DNA of 64,000 bases from Selaginella moellendorffii (taxonomy: Eukaryota; Plantae; Lycopodiophyta), in contig NW_003314281.1 in NCBI RefSeq assembly GCF_000143415.4, positions 118,417 to 182,416 on the forward strand. The letters are read 5' to 3'. Numbering within the stretch: the first letter of the stretch is position 1; each line of letters begins with the position of its first letter. The notes under the pieces are model-generated. The model did no database searches and had not been told where the DNA came from. It was given only the letters and a program-made list of their open reading frames with translations. The position numbers and the translations under genes are program-made. Shown here piece after piece: positions 1 through 12,449 of the stretch.

Positions 1-1148
1 CCTTTCAACTGGCTGACATAAAATACCGGATAAATTTTCACCCCAACTAGCAGCCGCACCCGAGAAGCCGCTTTACCAATGCGCTCCAGCACTTCATATG
101 GACCAGCATATCGATGGGAAAGTTTATCACTCTTCCCTGTCCGTAAAGGCACCAAGGTGTTCTGCCGCTCACTTGACGGAAAGATCACTTGCACAAAGAC
201 AAGATCACCTACCTTATATTCCCGGAATTGGCGATGCTCATTGGCAAACTTCTCCGCTCTATCCTGAGCTGCTTGCAAATTCCGTTTACACACCACCAGA
301 ATCTCATCAAGTTCTGTGGCCAGATCAGTTGCCTCGGAATCAAGCTTATCTTAAACGTCCTTACTCAAATGCAATCCCAACTCCACCGTTGTTCGAGGAT
401 GCCTTCCAAACATGGCAAAGTAAGGACTTAGCTTGGTTCCACTGTGTTGGCTATTGTTGTAAGCAAATTGCACCAACGGAAGATATAGATCCCACTGTCC
501 TTGCCTTTGACCAATGCTACAACGTAGCATATCCTCCACCACCTGATTCACACGCTCAGTTTGCCCATCCGTCTGAGGATGATCTCCACTCGAGAGTTTC
601 AAAGTCACTTGCATAGCCTTTGCAAAGCTTTTCCAAAATCCACTGGTGAACTTTGAATCTCGATCACTAATGATTTCCTCCGGCAAACCAAAATCAAGAA
701 AAACCTTCTCCAAATAAACCGCAGCCAAGTCTGAGGCAGTGACAGTCTTCCGAAGAGCCAACAACCGCACATACTTCGTCAACCGATCCACTATGACCCA
801 TACTTGCTCCTTTTGCCTCTGTGTTCGTGGCAAACAAGTGATGAAGTCCATAGAGATACTACACCAACGGCTCTGAGGAATAGGTAAATGTTGCAAAAGT
901 CCCCCTGGCTGCTCCCGTGGCACCTTAACCCGCTGACAAAGCTCACATGATTTACAATACTTGAGGATATCAGCCTTCATATTCCTCCAATAAAAGTTGC
1001 GCTTAATCAACTCATACGTCTTCTTCCCCCCAAAATGACCGGCCTCTGGACGATCATGATAGTGGAATAAAACTTGAGTAATTAACGCATCCACCCGTGG
1101 CAAATAGACACGGCCATTGCCATCCACCAATGGGAAAGGAGCTTCCAT
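1..1148 (-). pseudogene. pol fragment: integrase, with a stop at 351-353 before the GPY/F module
   Basis: ORF 351-1148 carries the HHCC and DDE core. The same frame continues past the stop to YKVGDLV...RYAGPYEVLERIG. Confidence 0.9.
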
Positions 1149-1167
1149 CTAGTCTCGCAAAGAGGCC

Positions 1168-1497
1168 ACCTCAGCATCCTGAGCCTGAGCATGCTCAACC
1201 AATTGCCCAAACTCGCTGACCACCTCACTCAAATGATGACAAAATCGTGTTCATAACGTCGTCACATGACGAACACGAGATAAAGCATCCGCGTCAAAGG
1301 AATAGCCACTAAAGCCTCTGCATCTGGAGTTCCTCTAGCAGCCAAGAACTTCTTCTAAACCCTAAACCCTAAACCTCAGCATCCTGAGCCTAAGCATGCT
1401 CAACCAATTGCCCAAACTCGCTGACCACCTTACTCAAATGATGACAAAATCGTGTTCGTAACGTCGTCACATGACGAACACGATATAAAGCATCCGC
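1168..1497. repeat. 125 bp direct duplication (1168-1292 and 1373-1497) flanking an 80 bp filler that includes about 3 telomeric CCCTAAA units
   Basis: Near-identical copies acctcagcatcctgagcc...aaagcatccgc; ctaaaccctaaaccctaaacc at 1355-1375. Confidence 0.9.
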
Positions 1498-1962
1498 CAC
1501 CACATTTGTTTTTCCCGGACGATGCTCAATAGGAAACTCCCCAAACTCCATGAGTTTGACCATCTAACGAGCTTGCCTAGTGTTCAACTCCTTCTGTGTG
1601 AAAAGATACACAAGTGGTTTGTGATCTGTTAACACCACGAACACTGCACCATAAAGATAGTGCTGCCACATCCACAAAGCATGAACAATAGAAAGTAACT
1701 TTTGCTCATATGTGGAATAGCGTCGCTCCGCGGAATTCAAAGTTCAACTCTCATATGCAATAGGCTGTCCTTCTTGCATGAGAACTCCTCCTAGTGCATA
1801 ACCACTCGCATCGCATGTCACCTCGTAAGGTTTCGATGGATCAGCAATGCGAAGCACTGGAGCCTCGCTCAACAATCGTTTCAGCGCCACAAAACTCTCC
1901 TCTTGTGGCGTCTTCCACTCGAATGGCACATTCTTGCATAGCATCTGCGTCAAAGGAATAGC
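1490..1962 (-). pseudogene. pol fragment: RT connection and RNase H
   Basis: AIPLTQML...FEWKTPQEESF...CDASGYALGGVLMQEGQPIAYES*...AERRYSTYE...LTDHKPL...HRPGKTNVVADAL, with internal stops. Confidence 0.9.
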
Positions 1963-3002
1963 GGTGGAGTTGGGATTGCATTTTTAGTATCTGACTTACC
2001 GTGAGAAGATGATTGGCCATTCTTCTTGTCCTGCTGCTTGTTCTTCAACTGCAGACAATCAGCCTTGTAGTGTCCAAGTTCGCCGCAATTATAACAACCT
2101 TGTCTATAATTCTTCACAAAGAACTTCTGCTTCTTGGACCCCTTTGCATCTGAAGTAGTCACCACCGACTTCAACTTGTGATGCTTGTTCCCATCCTTGT
2201 GTGCACGGCGATCATCACGACGATTCTCGACAGAAGGACTCCGCGAACGCTTGCGAGACTTGTGCTTGTCATTGTCAAGTCGACGAGCCGCATCAAAGAG
2301 CTCCTCCAAACTCTTTATAGGCTGAGAATGACGCAAGTGTTGCCGCATGCTCTCACTATGTAGGCCATCAATGAAGTAGGACTTGTTCTGATCTGGATCC
2401 TTCGTTGGAACATGACTAATCAAGCTAGTAAGCTTCTCAATATAATCCCCGAGTGTCATTTTCCCTTGCTGGAAATGGCGAAGTTCTGTACGAGCATTCT
2501 CCACATCGTAATGAGGGGCAAAACGTAAACGGAAAGCAACCTCAAACTCATCCATGGTAGACACTGGTGGTTTCTTATCCGCAACACGGGACTCCTCAAG
2601 CCAATTCCACCATCGAAGACCTGCATCACGCAAAACCATCGGAATAGCCACTAAAGCCTCTACATCTGGAGTTCCTCTAGTAGCCAAGAACTTCTTCACA
2701 TTGGCTAGCCAAGCGAGACACTCGTCCACACCACCATCACCGGAAAAAGTTGGAATCTTGAGTCGATCTACCAAAGAAGGCTTACTTGGAGCGCTACCCC
2801 GTCCAGCCTCGAGTGCCTCAACACGCCCACGCATGGTATCCATCATGCCATGCATCTCGTCTTGCATCTCTTGCTGATTTTTATTAAGGGCTCGCAGCTC
2901 ATGAACCACATCTTGAATGGTCCAAATCTCCGCAGCTTCGTCGGCACCATCGTTGGCACCACCATCGACGATAGGATTCCAGCGTTCAGCTTGGTCGGCC
3001 AT
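1950..3002 (-). CDS. gag: Retrotransposon Gag (capsid plus zinc knuckle), with the C-terminus fused to filler DNA
   Basis: Open ORF from MADQAERW; contains the capsid-like segment LRDAGLRWW...FRLRF...QQGKMTLGDY and a CX2CX4HX4C knuckle. Confidence 0.85.
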   Translation of the reverse strand: MADQAERWNPIVDGGANDGADEAAEIWTIQDVVHELRALNKNQQEMQDEMHGMMDTMRGRVEALEAGRGSAPSKPSLVDRLKIPTFSGDGGVDECLAWLANVKKFLATRGTPDVEALVAIPMVLRDAGLRWWNWLEESRVADKKPPVSTMDEFEVAFRLRFAPHYDVENARTELRHFQQGKMTLGDYIEKLTSLISHVPTKDPDQNKSYFIDGLHSESMRQHLRHSQPIKSLEELFDAARRLDNDKHKSRKRSRSPSVENRRDDRRAHKDGNKHHKLKSVVTTSDAKGSKKQKFFVKNYRQGCYNCGELGHYKADCLQLKNKQQDKKNGQSSSHGKSDTKNAIPTPPLFL

Positions 3003-3014
3003 CGCAACCAACTC

Positions 3015-3025
3015 CTCTGATACCA
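3015..3025 (-). other. Primer binding site complementary to the 3' end of initiator tRNA-Met
   Basis: TGGTATCAGAG on the minus strand, between the LTR end (..AACA) and the gag ATG at 3002. Confidence 0.9.
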
Positions 3026-3026
3026 A

Positions 3027-3259
3027 TGTTATGATCCGGCGCAAAAAGACAAAGATCTAGGTTCCCTATACTATGCTGTGCCACCTTTTGAGGTTCCTCA
3101 CCACCCAACCACCCCCGAGCTACCTCAAAAGCTCCACTGCGCTGCCGCTCCACTGTGAGCCCTAGGGTAGGTTAAGTCCTTTACCCTAACATGCCTTAAT
3201 ATACCCTTGAGCCTCCCTTTGACCAATGTTGACCACGTAGTCAAAGCTGGCGCCTAACA
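3027..3259 (-). repeat. 5' LTR (233 bp) of the gypsy element
   Basis: Bounded by the perfect terminal inverted repeat TGTTA (3027-3031) ... TAACA (3255-3259) and lies 1 nt from the PBS. The partner LTR is outside the window. Confidence 0.7.
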
Positions 3260-4295
3260 GGTCTGACACATGGTTCCTCAAGGTGAGTGATTGATGTTAC
3301 AGGATGCATCTATAATTATGCTCCTTGTTGGTTTTGCAGAAATGCATGGTGGCAGATTACTCTCTTGTGGAAGACTCAACCTTGGATGACCGCCTGCGGG
3401 AAGTAGCGTCCATCTGCAGCCTTTACAGGCACGGGGAGATGACGCCCCGGTTGAGTGTCCTGTACTTGTGGAAGAGGCGGCAGTGTCCCAGCACCGTCTG
3501 GTACTGCAAGAGGTCCACCAGTGCTACAACGAGCTGGTGTTGCTTCAGCTTCACCAGCTACTGCTGGCTACCTTTTCGTTTTGAGAATCAAGCTGTTCTT
3601 TCCTTACAAGGCGGCTGTGATGACTAGTTGTCATAGATGTGCTTGGGAGCGAGGTAGGTTGGCAGCTTGCAGGGAGTTTCTTGGCCGCTATCACACACAG
3701 GTAGACTTGTGCTTTGTTGATAATGGCCATGGTCGCTAACTTTGGTATTTTCATAGGCAGGCACTCTCGTGCTCACGAACATGACGGGCTTGAGGGAGCT
3801 GTCGACTCTCCGCGGTCGTGCACTAGAGCCAAGAGAGCTGTGGATAGATAGATACTCGGAGATCGATCCAGACAGCATCACTCCTTCGTGCTCCCGACTA
3901 ATATCTAGGCTGCTGCGGACATGGAGGCCGGAGAAGATGAGGGACAAGTTCCAGATAGAAATCCCGGTTGGCAGAGTTTGATCGAGGTGGACGCACAGGT
4001 TTATAGCGGGCGAAAACGAGCATCCCAGGATCGCAGCGAGCTTGAGAAGCTCCACTTCAATCTCATCCAGGGAGGCCTTCCCAGCCTCTTCACCCAGCTC
4101 CAGCGCGTCGGGCACAAACCTCGAAGTTGTCCTGGAATTCCAAAGAGTTGATCCATTTCTTAAGAACTTTGGCGGCACCTGGAGACGAGATCTTTGTGTG
4201 ATGAAGCAGGCATATCTCTCCACCTTTTGACGGTTTTTAAACCATGCTTTCCCGCGAGCCTTGCCTATCCTTCTAGATGTTGATTGTGAAGAGAT

Positions 4296-4475
4296 TTGTT
4301 CCATCAGATGCCCCAGATATCCTGGAGCGTGATGCTTTTGGCACATGCCCAATTCGGGCATGAGGAGTCAAAACGTTCGTTTGATTTTGCTACAATGCTC
4401 TCCAAGAACTCGAAATTTGATCAAGCCAAGAGGTTATTTGATGCGATGCCGTTGTGGGATCTTGTTTCTAGGAAC
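4296..4475 (+). pseudogene. Degenerate PPR gene fragment
   Basis: LFHQMPQISWSVMLLAHAQFGH...FDQAKRLFDAMPLWDLVS resembles the repeats in the intact PPR genes at 48.7 and 54-56 kb. Confidence 0.6.
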
Positions 4476-4913
4476 CCTGTGGGATCCAGTGATAGGGAAT
4501 TACACGATGTGGATTTATGGGCATGAGAGTGACAATGCCCTGGTTTACAAATCTGAGACAGGGGAGTGTCAGAAATGAAAGTTGACTATCGTCTCTTGGA
4601 CCTGGTCTGTATATATGGAAGTGTGAACCTCGGAGACTGGTGGCAAAATTCCCTTTCCGCAATTGGTGATTTTACATGGCATATGACTTGGTTCATGTCG
4701 GATACTTTGCAAAGAGTAGAACTACAATATTATGAACTTTATAGCTAATATGGATAAGCCTTAGACAAGATCACCTTTCATCATATCTACAATGTAGTTG
4801 AAAGGCAGGTAGAGCTTTGTTTTGAGGTTTTCGATTGAACACAACTTGAAAAACTATTACGGGCAAGACAATTCTCGCAGTCTCTACAAATTTTCTTAAA
4901 AATAAAAAGAACG

Positions 4914-5966
4914 TCAAAGCAAAGTGGCAGCAAAAGGTAAAACAAAACGCTCCTTGGGACGTGACTCTAATTCTCTGACTTGCCTGACCGATTCTATCCA
5001 CTCTTTGTTCCTATAATAAAATATTGCGTTCCTAAAGCTGTAAGAAGCTGTACACAAGTAGAGGGACTTGTGTTGTATCCCAGTAAAAACTGTTATCTGT
5101 TCCCTTGGACACAAGAATTCTCTAGGATAATTGAAATTGTGCACCCTCTCCAAACTACCAGGCCTTGAAACAAACCCTCTATCCCAAAGAAAGACAATCA
5201 TATCACCATTGTCACGCCGTACAATGGCCTGGAGTGACTCCATTCTATCAGCCTCAGGAGCAGCACTCCAGTCATGCTCGATCCAACACCGGTTTGATCC
5301 CAAGTCATAGCCTATCACACCAAACTGTTGACCGCCATTCTTCACACCGACCAGGTAGGCAGTGTTGCCCTCCAGTAGCCACGTGTATGGGTATGACCTT
5401 GTCCACAAGGCCCACCCGCGTGGCGGCACATACTCCCGACGGCGCCGCCACGACCAGGACAACGAGTTAAACACGTCAATGCCCTTTTCTGTTGGCGAGT
5501 AGATCGTGTAGGAGAGGTCGTCAGCTGAGACTTCCATCTTTGCTTTGAATCCCTGAATGAGTGATTTACCTGGCAGCACCACAAATGAGCTCCGCTTGAG
5601 GGGATTCCACACCGCAAACTTCCCTCTGTTTGCACCAGCAAGAAAGCGGTGGGAGAAACAAAGCAGGCCACCGGCAGAGGCAACGGGCTGCCAGTAGAGG
5701 AGCAAATCCGGATCTGGCAGTAACAAAACAGTTGCATCGTCGTTACTGAAAGGATTGTAGATCCGTAAGGACAAGCAGTGGTGCCGTAGCCGATCTTTTG
5801 TATATTCAAGGACTAGGGGATGCTGCTTGGAAATCTCTAGACTGGCTTTGGCAAATTCCTTACTGTCAATCACTGCTCTCCACCTGTGGCACACAGATCT
5901 TGCACGCAGCAAAGCTTTCACATGCAATAACGCTAGAATCCTATCCTCGAGATCCACTGGAAACAT
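4914..5966 (-). CDS. Intronless F-box protein (350 aa) with an F-box-associated/Kelch-like C-terminal region
   Basis: N-terminal F-box FPVDLEDRILALLHVKALLRARSVCHRWRAVI; typical downstream motif VASAGGLLCF...VWNPL. Confidence 0.85.
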   Translation of the reverse strand: MFPVDLEDRILALLHVKALLRARSVCHRWRAVIDSKEFAKASLEISKQHPLVLEYTKDRLRHHCLSLRIYNPFSNDDATVLLLPDPDLLLYWQPVASAGGLLCFSHRFLAGANRGKFAVWNPLKRSSFVVLPGKSLIQGFKAKMEVSADDLSYTIYSPTEKGIDVFNSLSWSWRRRREYVPPRGWALWTRSYPYTWLLEGNTAYLVGVKNGGQQFGVIGYDLGSNRCWIEHDWSAAPEADRMESLQAIVRRDNGDMIVFLWDRGFVSRPGSLERVHNFNYPREFLCPREQITVFTGIQHKSLYLCTASYSFRNAIFYYRNKEWIESVRQVRELESRPKERFVLPFAATLL

Positions 5967-8274
5967 ATTGTTTGTGCTGAATCAAACCCTATTTATCTCA
6001 CCAAACCAGGCATATTCTAAAATCATTATCTTTGTCCTACTAAACCTTTGAGTAAATATGGTAACAGAATATGTTTGTTGGGGGTGTAGCATAATTAGCA
6101 AAATACTGTTTTGATTTTTTAATGTATTGGAAATTACATTGGAATAGTATCAAAACAACAAATATTGTATTCTTTGAAAGAAGAATTGAGGGGATTATAG
6201 AAAATTTATGTTTTACAATTCTTTCTATGTGAATGTTTCCATTCCATTAATTTCCAATCAAATATATTTCTTTGATTATTCATATGGCAAGTGAACACTA
6301 TAAAAAAATACTTGTGTTGAGCTCTAAGTTAGAGAGATTACTGTAACCAATATTGCTTAAATTGAATTAAATTGATTTTATTAACATGGACAATTAAGGA
6401 GAGATGTGATGACAATTATCATATCTAATCTAACATTCTTGAACTTAGTAAATAGAAGGCATTATGGTAAGAAGTTGACACAATCTCTTAGATCTATATT
6501 TTGATTTACACCTATTGTAATTATAAAGCTCAAGATGTTGAACACAATTATACCCTACACATTTGTTATATTAAATAAATTACATATGCTTTGTTATACT
6601 TCTCTTTTTCATGAATTTTCATGATTTCTATTGGATTTGCTTAGAATTATATATGTTTATTTGAGTTTCAAAGCATACCATACGACATATAGCTTTGGCA
6701 TTATCATATCAAACCTAAAATAAGTCATACATTCATACATATCAGTATGATAGAAAGAAGATTTACAATAAAGTAATAGTATCGACTGCTAAACATGTGA
6801 ATAAAACTTGACAAATTAAATGGTATTTTAAACTTTATTAGTATAGTATAGTTATACATATAATATGTTCACTTTAAGAAATGCTAAATAAAATCTCAAA
6901 AATTATATAGAAATAATTTATTATGATTTTCTTGTAACAATGTTTGATTTCCTTATATATTCAGAATATTAAATTTTTTTCTTACTTTTATTTAACATGA
7001 AACACTTTTGGCCTTTGAAACACTGGTATGGATTATATATAGGACACTCTCTGATACAACAAAGGCTTGATAAATTGTTAATAAGTAAATTATGTCCTTA
7101 AAGAAATAATAAAATTGCAAATATTATTTTAGTTAATAGTGGTAAAGGCATATAAGATATCAACCAAAGAGTGAAACTACACAAACTAAGAGTAAAGAAA
7201 ATTAGAAATGATAGCCAATTCTATATGACTTTGTGGATATACCATTAATTACTTCTAAAACTCAAATTGCATTTTTAAAGAATTCACATAGTCATGCAAG
7301 ATATTGGAGTTGAAGTGTTAAAGAGTTTAAAAGTTAAGGTAGTTTTGTTAAGATACTCTAATTTAGCCATAGAGTTTGAGAAGGAGTTTAAGATGAAGAC
7401 TGAGACCGGGTTTGAGATGGAGTCCGAGATTGAAACCAAATATACATTAAATAAATTTAATTGATCCTAGCTATTTTATATAAAATATTAATAGTTAATA
7501 TTTTATTTTAATTATTATTTTTTAAATGACAAAGAAAGAGACAAATATTTAGTTCAAAGATCCATAATATAAATAGAATTTTAAAATCTATAATAATAAG
7601 GAGCAATTGCCATAAACTGCTAAATCCAACCAATGGCAAGGGGGGCGGGGTAACTGTAAAAGGGTCTTTAACCACTTCTTAGTGAATGATTGTGCTAATG
7701 TTTGCTCTCAACCCTTTTGCAATGGAGACCCTCTTAAATTGAGAGGGTAGGTTCTAAAGTTTAATGGAGAGCATCTACGATGATAGCAGGCTGGACTATT
7801 GGTGGCTTCAGATTATGATTCAATTTCATATTTGAATTCCCTTGATTTAGGGTTTTGTGAGTTCTCTTGCTAATCCCTAGCAATGGCACCTCACATTCAT
7901 CCCAAATGTGCAAATTCTTATATGATGCCTTTCTTTTCTTGCTGCAATTGCTAATTTGCTGCCTATTTTGGGAATTGAGATGAGCTACAATGCCACTAGA
8001 GCTATTATTGTAAGTGGATTTTCTTGCAATGAGATTGCATTTTCTCAAACTTCTTATTAAGTCACTAGTGATGGAAAGATTTAGGGAGAGTCATTGAGAT
8101 CGTAAGTACTTTTTTTTCTCTCTTCTTCATTTTTATTTTGTTTTGTTTTGTTTCTTTGGATTCAAGGCAGAGTTTCTTCTTCAATAATATGGTGGTATGA
8201 TGCCTCTAGCAACATGTCTAAACCACAAACAAGCAATCAACATCTTCTTTTAATGGAAGTTTTGAGAGTTTTTT

Positions 8275-8353
8275 ATCACTAATGGTGTTTTATCTGTAGC
8301 ACAAGACTCCTCAAGCCAATTCCACCACTGAAGACCCGCATCACACAAAATCA
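8275..8353 (-). mobile_element. Small diverged gypsy gag fragment
   Basis: ILCDAGLQWWNWLEESCATDKTPLV aligns with VLRDAGLRWWNWLEESRVADKKPPV of the gag at about 2560-2640, and the DNA also aligns. Confidence 0.8.
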
Positions 8354-10089
8354 TTCTTTTTTTTTTTTTAGGTGGTGGCACAAGCTCTAGAGAATGCAAA
8401 AGTGAAGGAGTCAGAACTTGCAATAGTAACTGTGACAATTGGTCTTGGCTTGTGTTTATGCTTGGATAGTAACATTCTTTGTGATCTTCCTAGGCTTATT
8501 GTTGTGCACAGTGCTGAGGGTTTTCTTGGCATGTAGTTTCTCAGCCACTAGCACGAAAGGAGGGGCATTCATAGTTCATGGCAAATCTACATGGTTATTA
8601 GGATGGTAAAATTTTAACTTTCTTTACCAAGTGAATTCATAGGTGTAGAGATTGGGACACTAAGTGCTGAGCCTTTTAATTGATGCTAGAAAACCTAGCT
8701 AATTTGCACAAAATGCATTGATGCATTTCAAGGATAGACATGTCTTGCTTAGACTCTAACAGTAGGTTCTATCTCTTGTTAATTGTGCTGCCATGGTGAT
8801 GGAAGTGTGGTATCAAAAGATTTTGGGTTATCTAGGTGGCAATACATAGTGCTTTTGCTAATCTAACCAATGACAAGTTGTACCGATAGATTATGTATGT
8901 CTTTGGTGGCATCATTAGATCAAATTCCAAAACTAGCAGAGATTTGAATTCTGTTTAATGGGTTACCCCAATAGAGTGAATATTTTTTATGTGAATAACT
9001 TTATTATAAATAAAATAATCAAATTTACCTAAACTTATTCTGTTTTATAAAATATTTACATATTTTAGGTCAACATTAACTTTTATAATTTAATTTCACA
9101 GTATTTACAAATATAATAAGAAAATTATATCTTGTACAAATGGCCTATCTAAAACATATAAAACCCAACACTAGGTGATGGTATATCAAATGTGGGTTGA
9201 CTTAGTTTTATAAATGTGTAGAACCATAATTAAAGCTTCAAGTGTTAATATAAAAAAATAAACAACTTTAACAATAAGATTATATATTATATTTTTATGT
9301 GCAGCCTTAGAAAATATTACTGTTTAATCAAATGCTGTATACATTATCTTAGTATTTTTTATAATGAGCTAGATTGTAAATCTTTTTCCTAACTGCAAAT
9401 AAATTTTATTAGTACATAATACTATAAAATATAATAATTGAATTTATAATTTCTATATTTACAAATAATTATTTTCATGACTGGATCTGGGTAGAAATAT
9501 GTTAATATTCCTAAATACTTATTGTTTTATATTCTAAGTAAAATGCATAATTAAGTAATGTCTTGTAGTAATTATTCTCTTTTGTTTGATAAAATTTTAA
9601 TATAATTTTATTCCAAGAAAAAATATAGTTTACATATAACATATTGTTAATAATAGAAAATTCATTTTTACTTTTTTCTGGGTCAGGTATTTTTTAAAAT
9701 ATTCATATTTCCAAATAATAATTTTTATCTAATATTTTTATTAATGAATATTTATAAGAAATTATCCAGGCATTTGTACCACTCCCCTCATGTTCAGCTC
9801 TACAGGAATGGAAGGGTAAATTGGGATAAGTTTTATGATCTTGTTAATAATTTTCTTGTAATCATTTCGGATGAATCAAGATCTTGAGCAATCATGAAAC
9901 AAGTATTAATTTAACTAGTTCTATGTTGGCAAGTTGTAAATTTCATGCCAGATTTAGAGCTTATCTTTGAGCTTATAAGATATACCTTGAAAACCTATTC
10001 GAAGTGATGTCACAAGTCTGCAAAACTCTCTATGTAAAAGCAATCAATATTATCCAGCCAAGTAAAGTATATTGGACCTCAATATATAT

Positions 10090-10630
10090 CATTGTATAGT
10101 GCTTCTCTTGCTGAGGTAGCTCAATTGATTCACCATATAATAAAAGAGTTAATTGCTAGTGATCTTTGCAGCAAGCAAGACAATGTGATTGGCTCATCTG
10201 TAAATCTTTATGCTTTTCAGCATTGTCCAATTGCTTCCCTAAAATTAATTGATGGCCTAGTTATTCTAGCAAATATAAAAGTGGAGGACCAATCAAATAA
10301 CACTTCCACATGCCAAACTAATCTTGCTCTACTGGTTTTGCCAAGGTTCAGGCACACTACATCCCAATTCTTCACTCATTGTTGATATCCAAATAGCTTC
10401 AGTACTTCTTTCCGAGACCTTGTCCTAGAACCCCCAGCATCTTGCTATTCTTCGGCTCCCACTCCTCTTTCTCGTCACTTGGCTTGAGGATGCCCTCAAT
10501 TAGTCCCTAGAGATTATTTTCCATGAAATAGAATTGCATCTGGACTTTCCATGACTGGAAATCACTTCTAAAGACAAGGTGAACAGTAGTGCCATCAAAG
10601 TGAGAGCTAGCCTAGCTCCAATACCATGCA
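10090..10630 (-). mobile_element. Decayed Ty1/copia gag relic with a degenerate PBS
   Basis: Manual minus-strand translation FRSDFQSWKVQMQFYFMENNL*GLIEGILKPSDEKEEWEPKNSKMLGVL resembles the copia gag N-terminus. It is preceded by CA-TGGTATTGGAGC (10626-10615), a 2-mismatch iMet PBS. Confidence 0.7.
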
Positions 10631-12449
10631 AAAACAAAAAAAAAAAGAAAAAGCAACGATTCTAAAATGCCAGCCACTGTTGGCTGTACGCCTGGGCATT
10701 GCCAGGCTCTTATTCACACATAAGAAAGTGGAAGAGACAAAGCTATGATAACCAAAAGTCACAATGGTCAACTTGGCTGATGCCAAGGTGTACCTCGTCA
10801 GCTGGAAGATTGTGGTAGCCTCGAGCATGGTACTACTGGAGTGGAACATCTAAATTTCTTACATACCAAGTGGACAGTCTTGTGCTGCCGCACCATAGCT
10901 CCAAGCGCCACTAGGGTTTCTCAGCTTACTGTAATGACAAACCAGAAAATGAAACTAAACCATTTTGCCTTTCCACTCGGATCTTTTCCCCAGTATCTTT
11001 TGGGTCATTGTGTATCGAGATTTGGAGCTGAAGCATAAGCCACGCAAAAACGCTCACACAGAGTGTTGACAACGAAAATTGTTTTTTTTAGTCATGGATG
11101 GTTACAAAAATTTCGCATATATGCTATGTTCACTGATTCTTCCTGGAAGCCAATTCCAGCAAAAGGGATTTTGAGAGAGAAGTGCTCAGACCTTTGCAAA
11201 CTTGGAGATAAGGCAATGGCACTGTTTCAGGCATGCGAATCCCAGCTTCCACAAATCTCGATGACCACCTCTTGCACAATCAAGAGGTGCAACCGAGCAA
11301 ATAAACAGCGATCGCGGCCCAGATCCTCCATTTGAGCGATGGAAGAAGTTCGCAAAATGCCGATTCCTGTTCGTGCATTCCGTACCATGGGTTCGCCAAA
11401 GTCAACACAGTCTTTGAAGACTTTCTTAGATTTGATTGACTTCCACTGAAACACAGTGAAAGTCCTTGACTTTATGCTCAATTTTGAGCAAACTGGGCTC
11501 GTTGTTTCGAATCTCTGGTAGATTCCAGTTGATGCCGTCACCATATACATTTATAATAGTTTCTCGTCGAATGGCTCGCTCGTTGCTGGTGTCTAATTCT
11601 TTCGCACACGACGCTTGTGCTAGATCTCTAGTCGTTGGAAGAACTCAGAAAGCAAAAAGCGAGAGACAAAACAATGGAACTCCGTCACATCCTGCACGCA
11701 CCAACACCCGGAACAAAAACGTTTTTAGCGCACTTTAATAACGATTTAACGCTGAGTCAAACTTCCACTGTAGTCGGTCTCTCAAAGTACAGGATGGTTG
11801 CTGTTCTTCCGGGAAATTCCGAGTGAAACGCCACCACCACCATCGGCGTTACTGGCTTAGAATCATAGCAACAACTCCATTCTCTCCTAGATTGAAAGTA
11901 CCACCATGAAAACAAGCCGAGAAGCTGGAAACTTTCACCTCTATTGTCATCTGGAGCTCAATCTTTGTACCACGCTGCGGCATGGGTTTCGATTGCATTG
12001 GCTCGTAAAGTTGGACGTACCTGATGCGAGATCCAACATGGTGAACTGTCCGGGATTGCCAAGGTTGAAGGGGCCGATAAGCCCTTAGTGCTAATATATA
12101 TTTATATTATTAGTATTATTATTACAATTACTTTTTAAGCCAATGAATATAATATGTTAAGTATATTTCTAAGGTGTATTTTTGCCATTTTAAATTGAAT
12201 TAAGTTAATCTGAAATTCTTCATGATCTTTAAGATTTCAAGTTGACATCACACCCCATGCTTTTCCAATTTAGGCCCGGATTCAACATTGTCCAAAGATG
12301 AAATCCTCGTTTCAAATTGTACCGCTGCGGAATTAACCATTCACATCTCTCTCTCCAATCAAAAGAGTCGTGCTGTGATTGTGCACTTGATGCATATATA
12401 CATACTGGAATTGCAATGCTGGGTAGAGCACTGGTAGATTTTGCACAAA

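Larger units (their letters stand above)
1..3259 (-). mobile_element. Ty3/gypsy LTR retrotransposon, defective (protease and RT core deleted), running off the left edge of the window
   Basis: Minus-strand order: LTR, PBS, gag with CCHC knuckle (CYNCGELGHYKADC), RT connection/RNase H (VTCDASGYALGGVLMQ, LTDHKPL), then integrase (HHCC zinc finger, SMDFIT, SDRD, QTDGQTERVNQ) and GPY motif (RYAGPYEV). Integrase after RNase H is the gypsy order. In-frame stops are present. Confidence 0.95.

Noticed and set aside
98-616. 172 aa plus-strand ORF
   Set aside because: Antisense to integrase; its shared NAIPTPPLF peptide is explained by the inverted 22 bp filler.
7370-7440. Weak 12 nt periodicity (gagtttgagaag-like)
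   Set aside because: Too short and degenerate to call a minisatellite or array.
6050-10050. AT-rich tracts (also 28490-29030, 32730-33600, 35670-36850, 52740-53480) as MITEs or Helitrons
   Set aside because: I could not identify TIRs, TSDs or diagnostic termini by eye.
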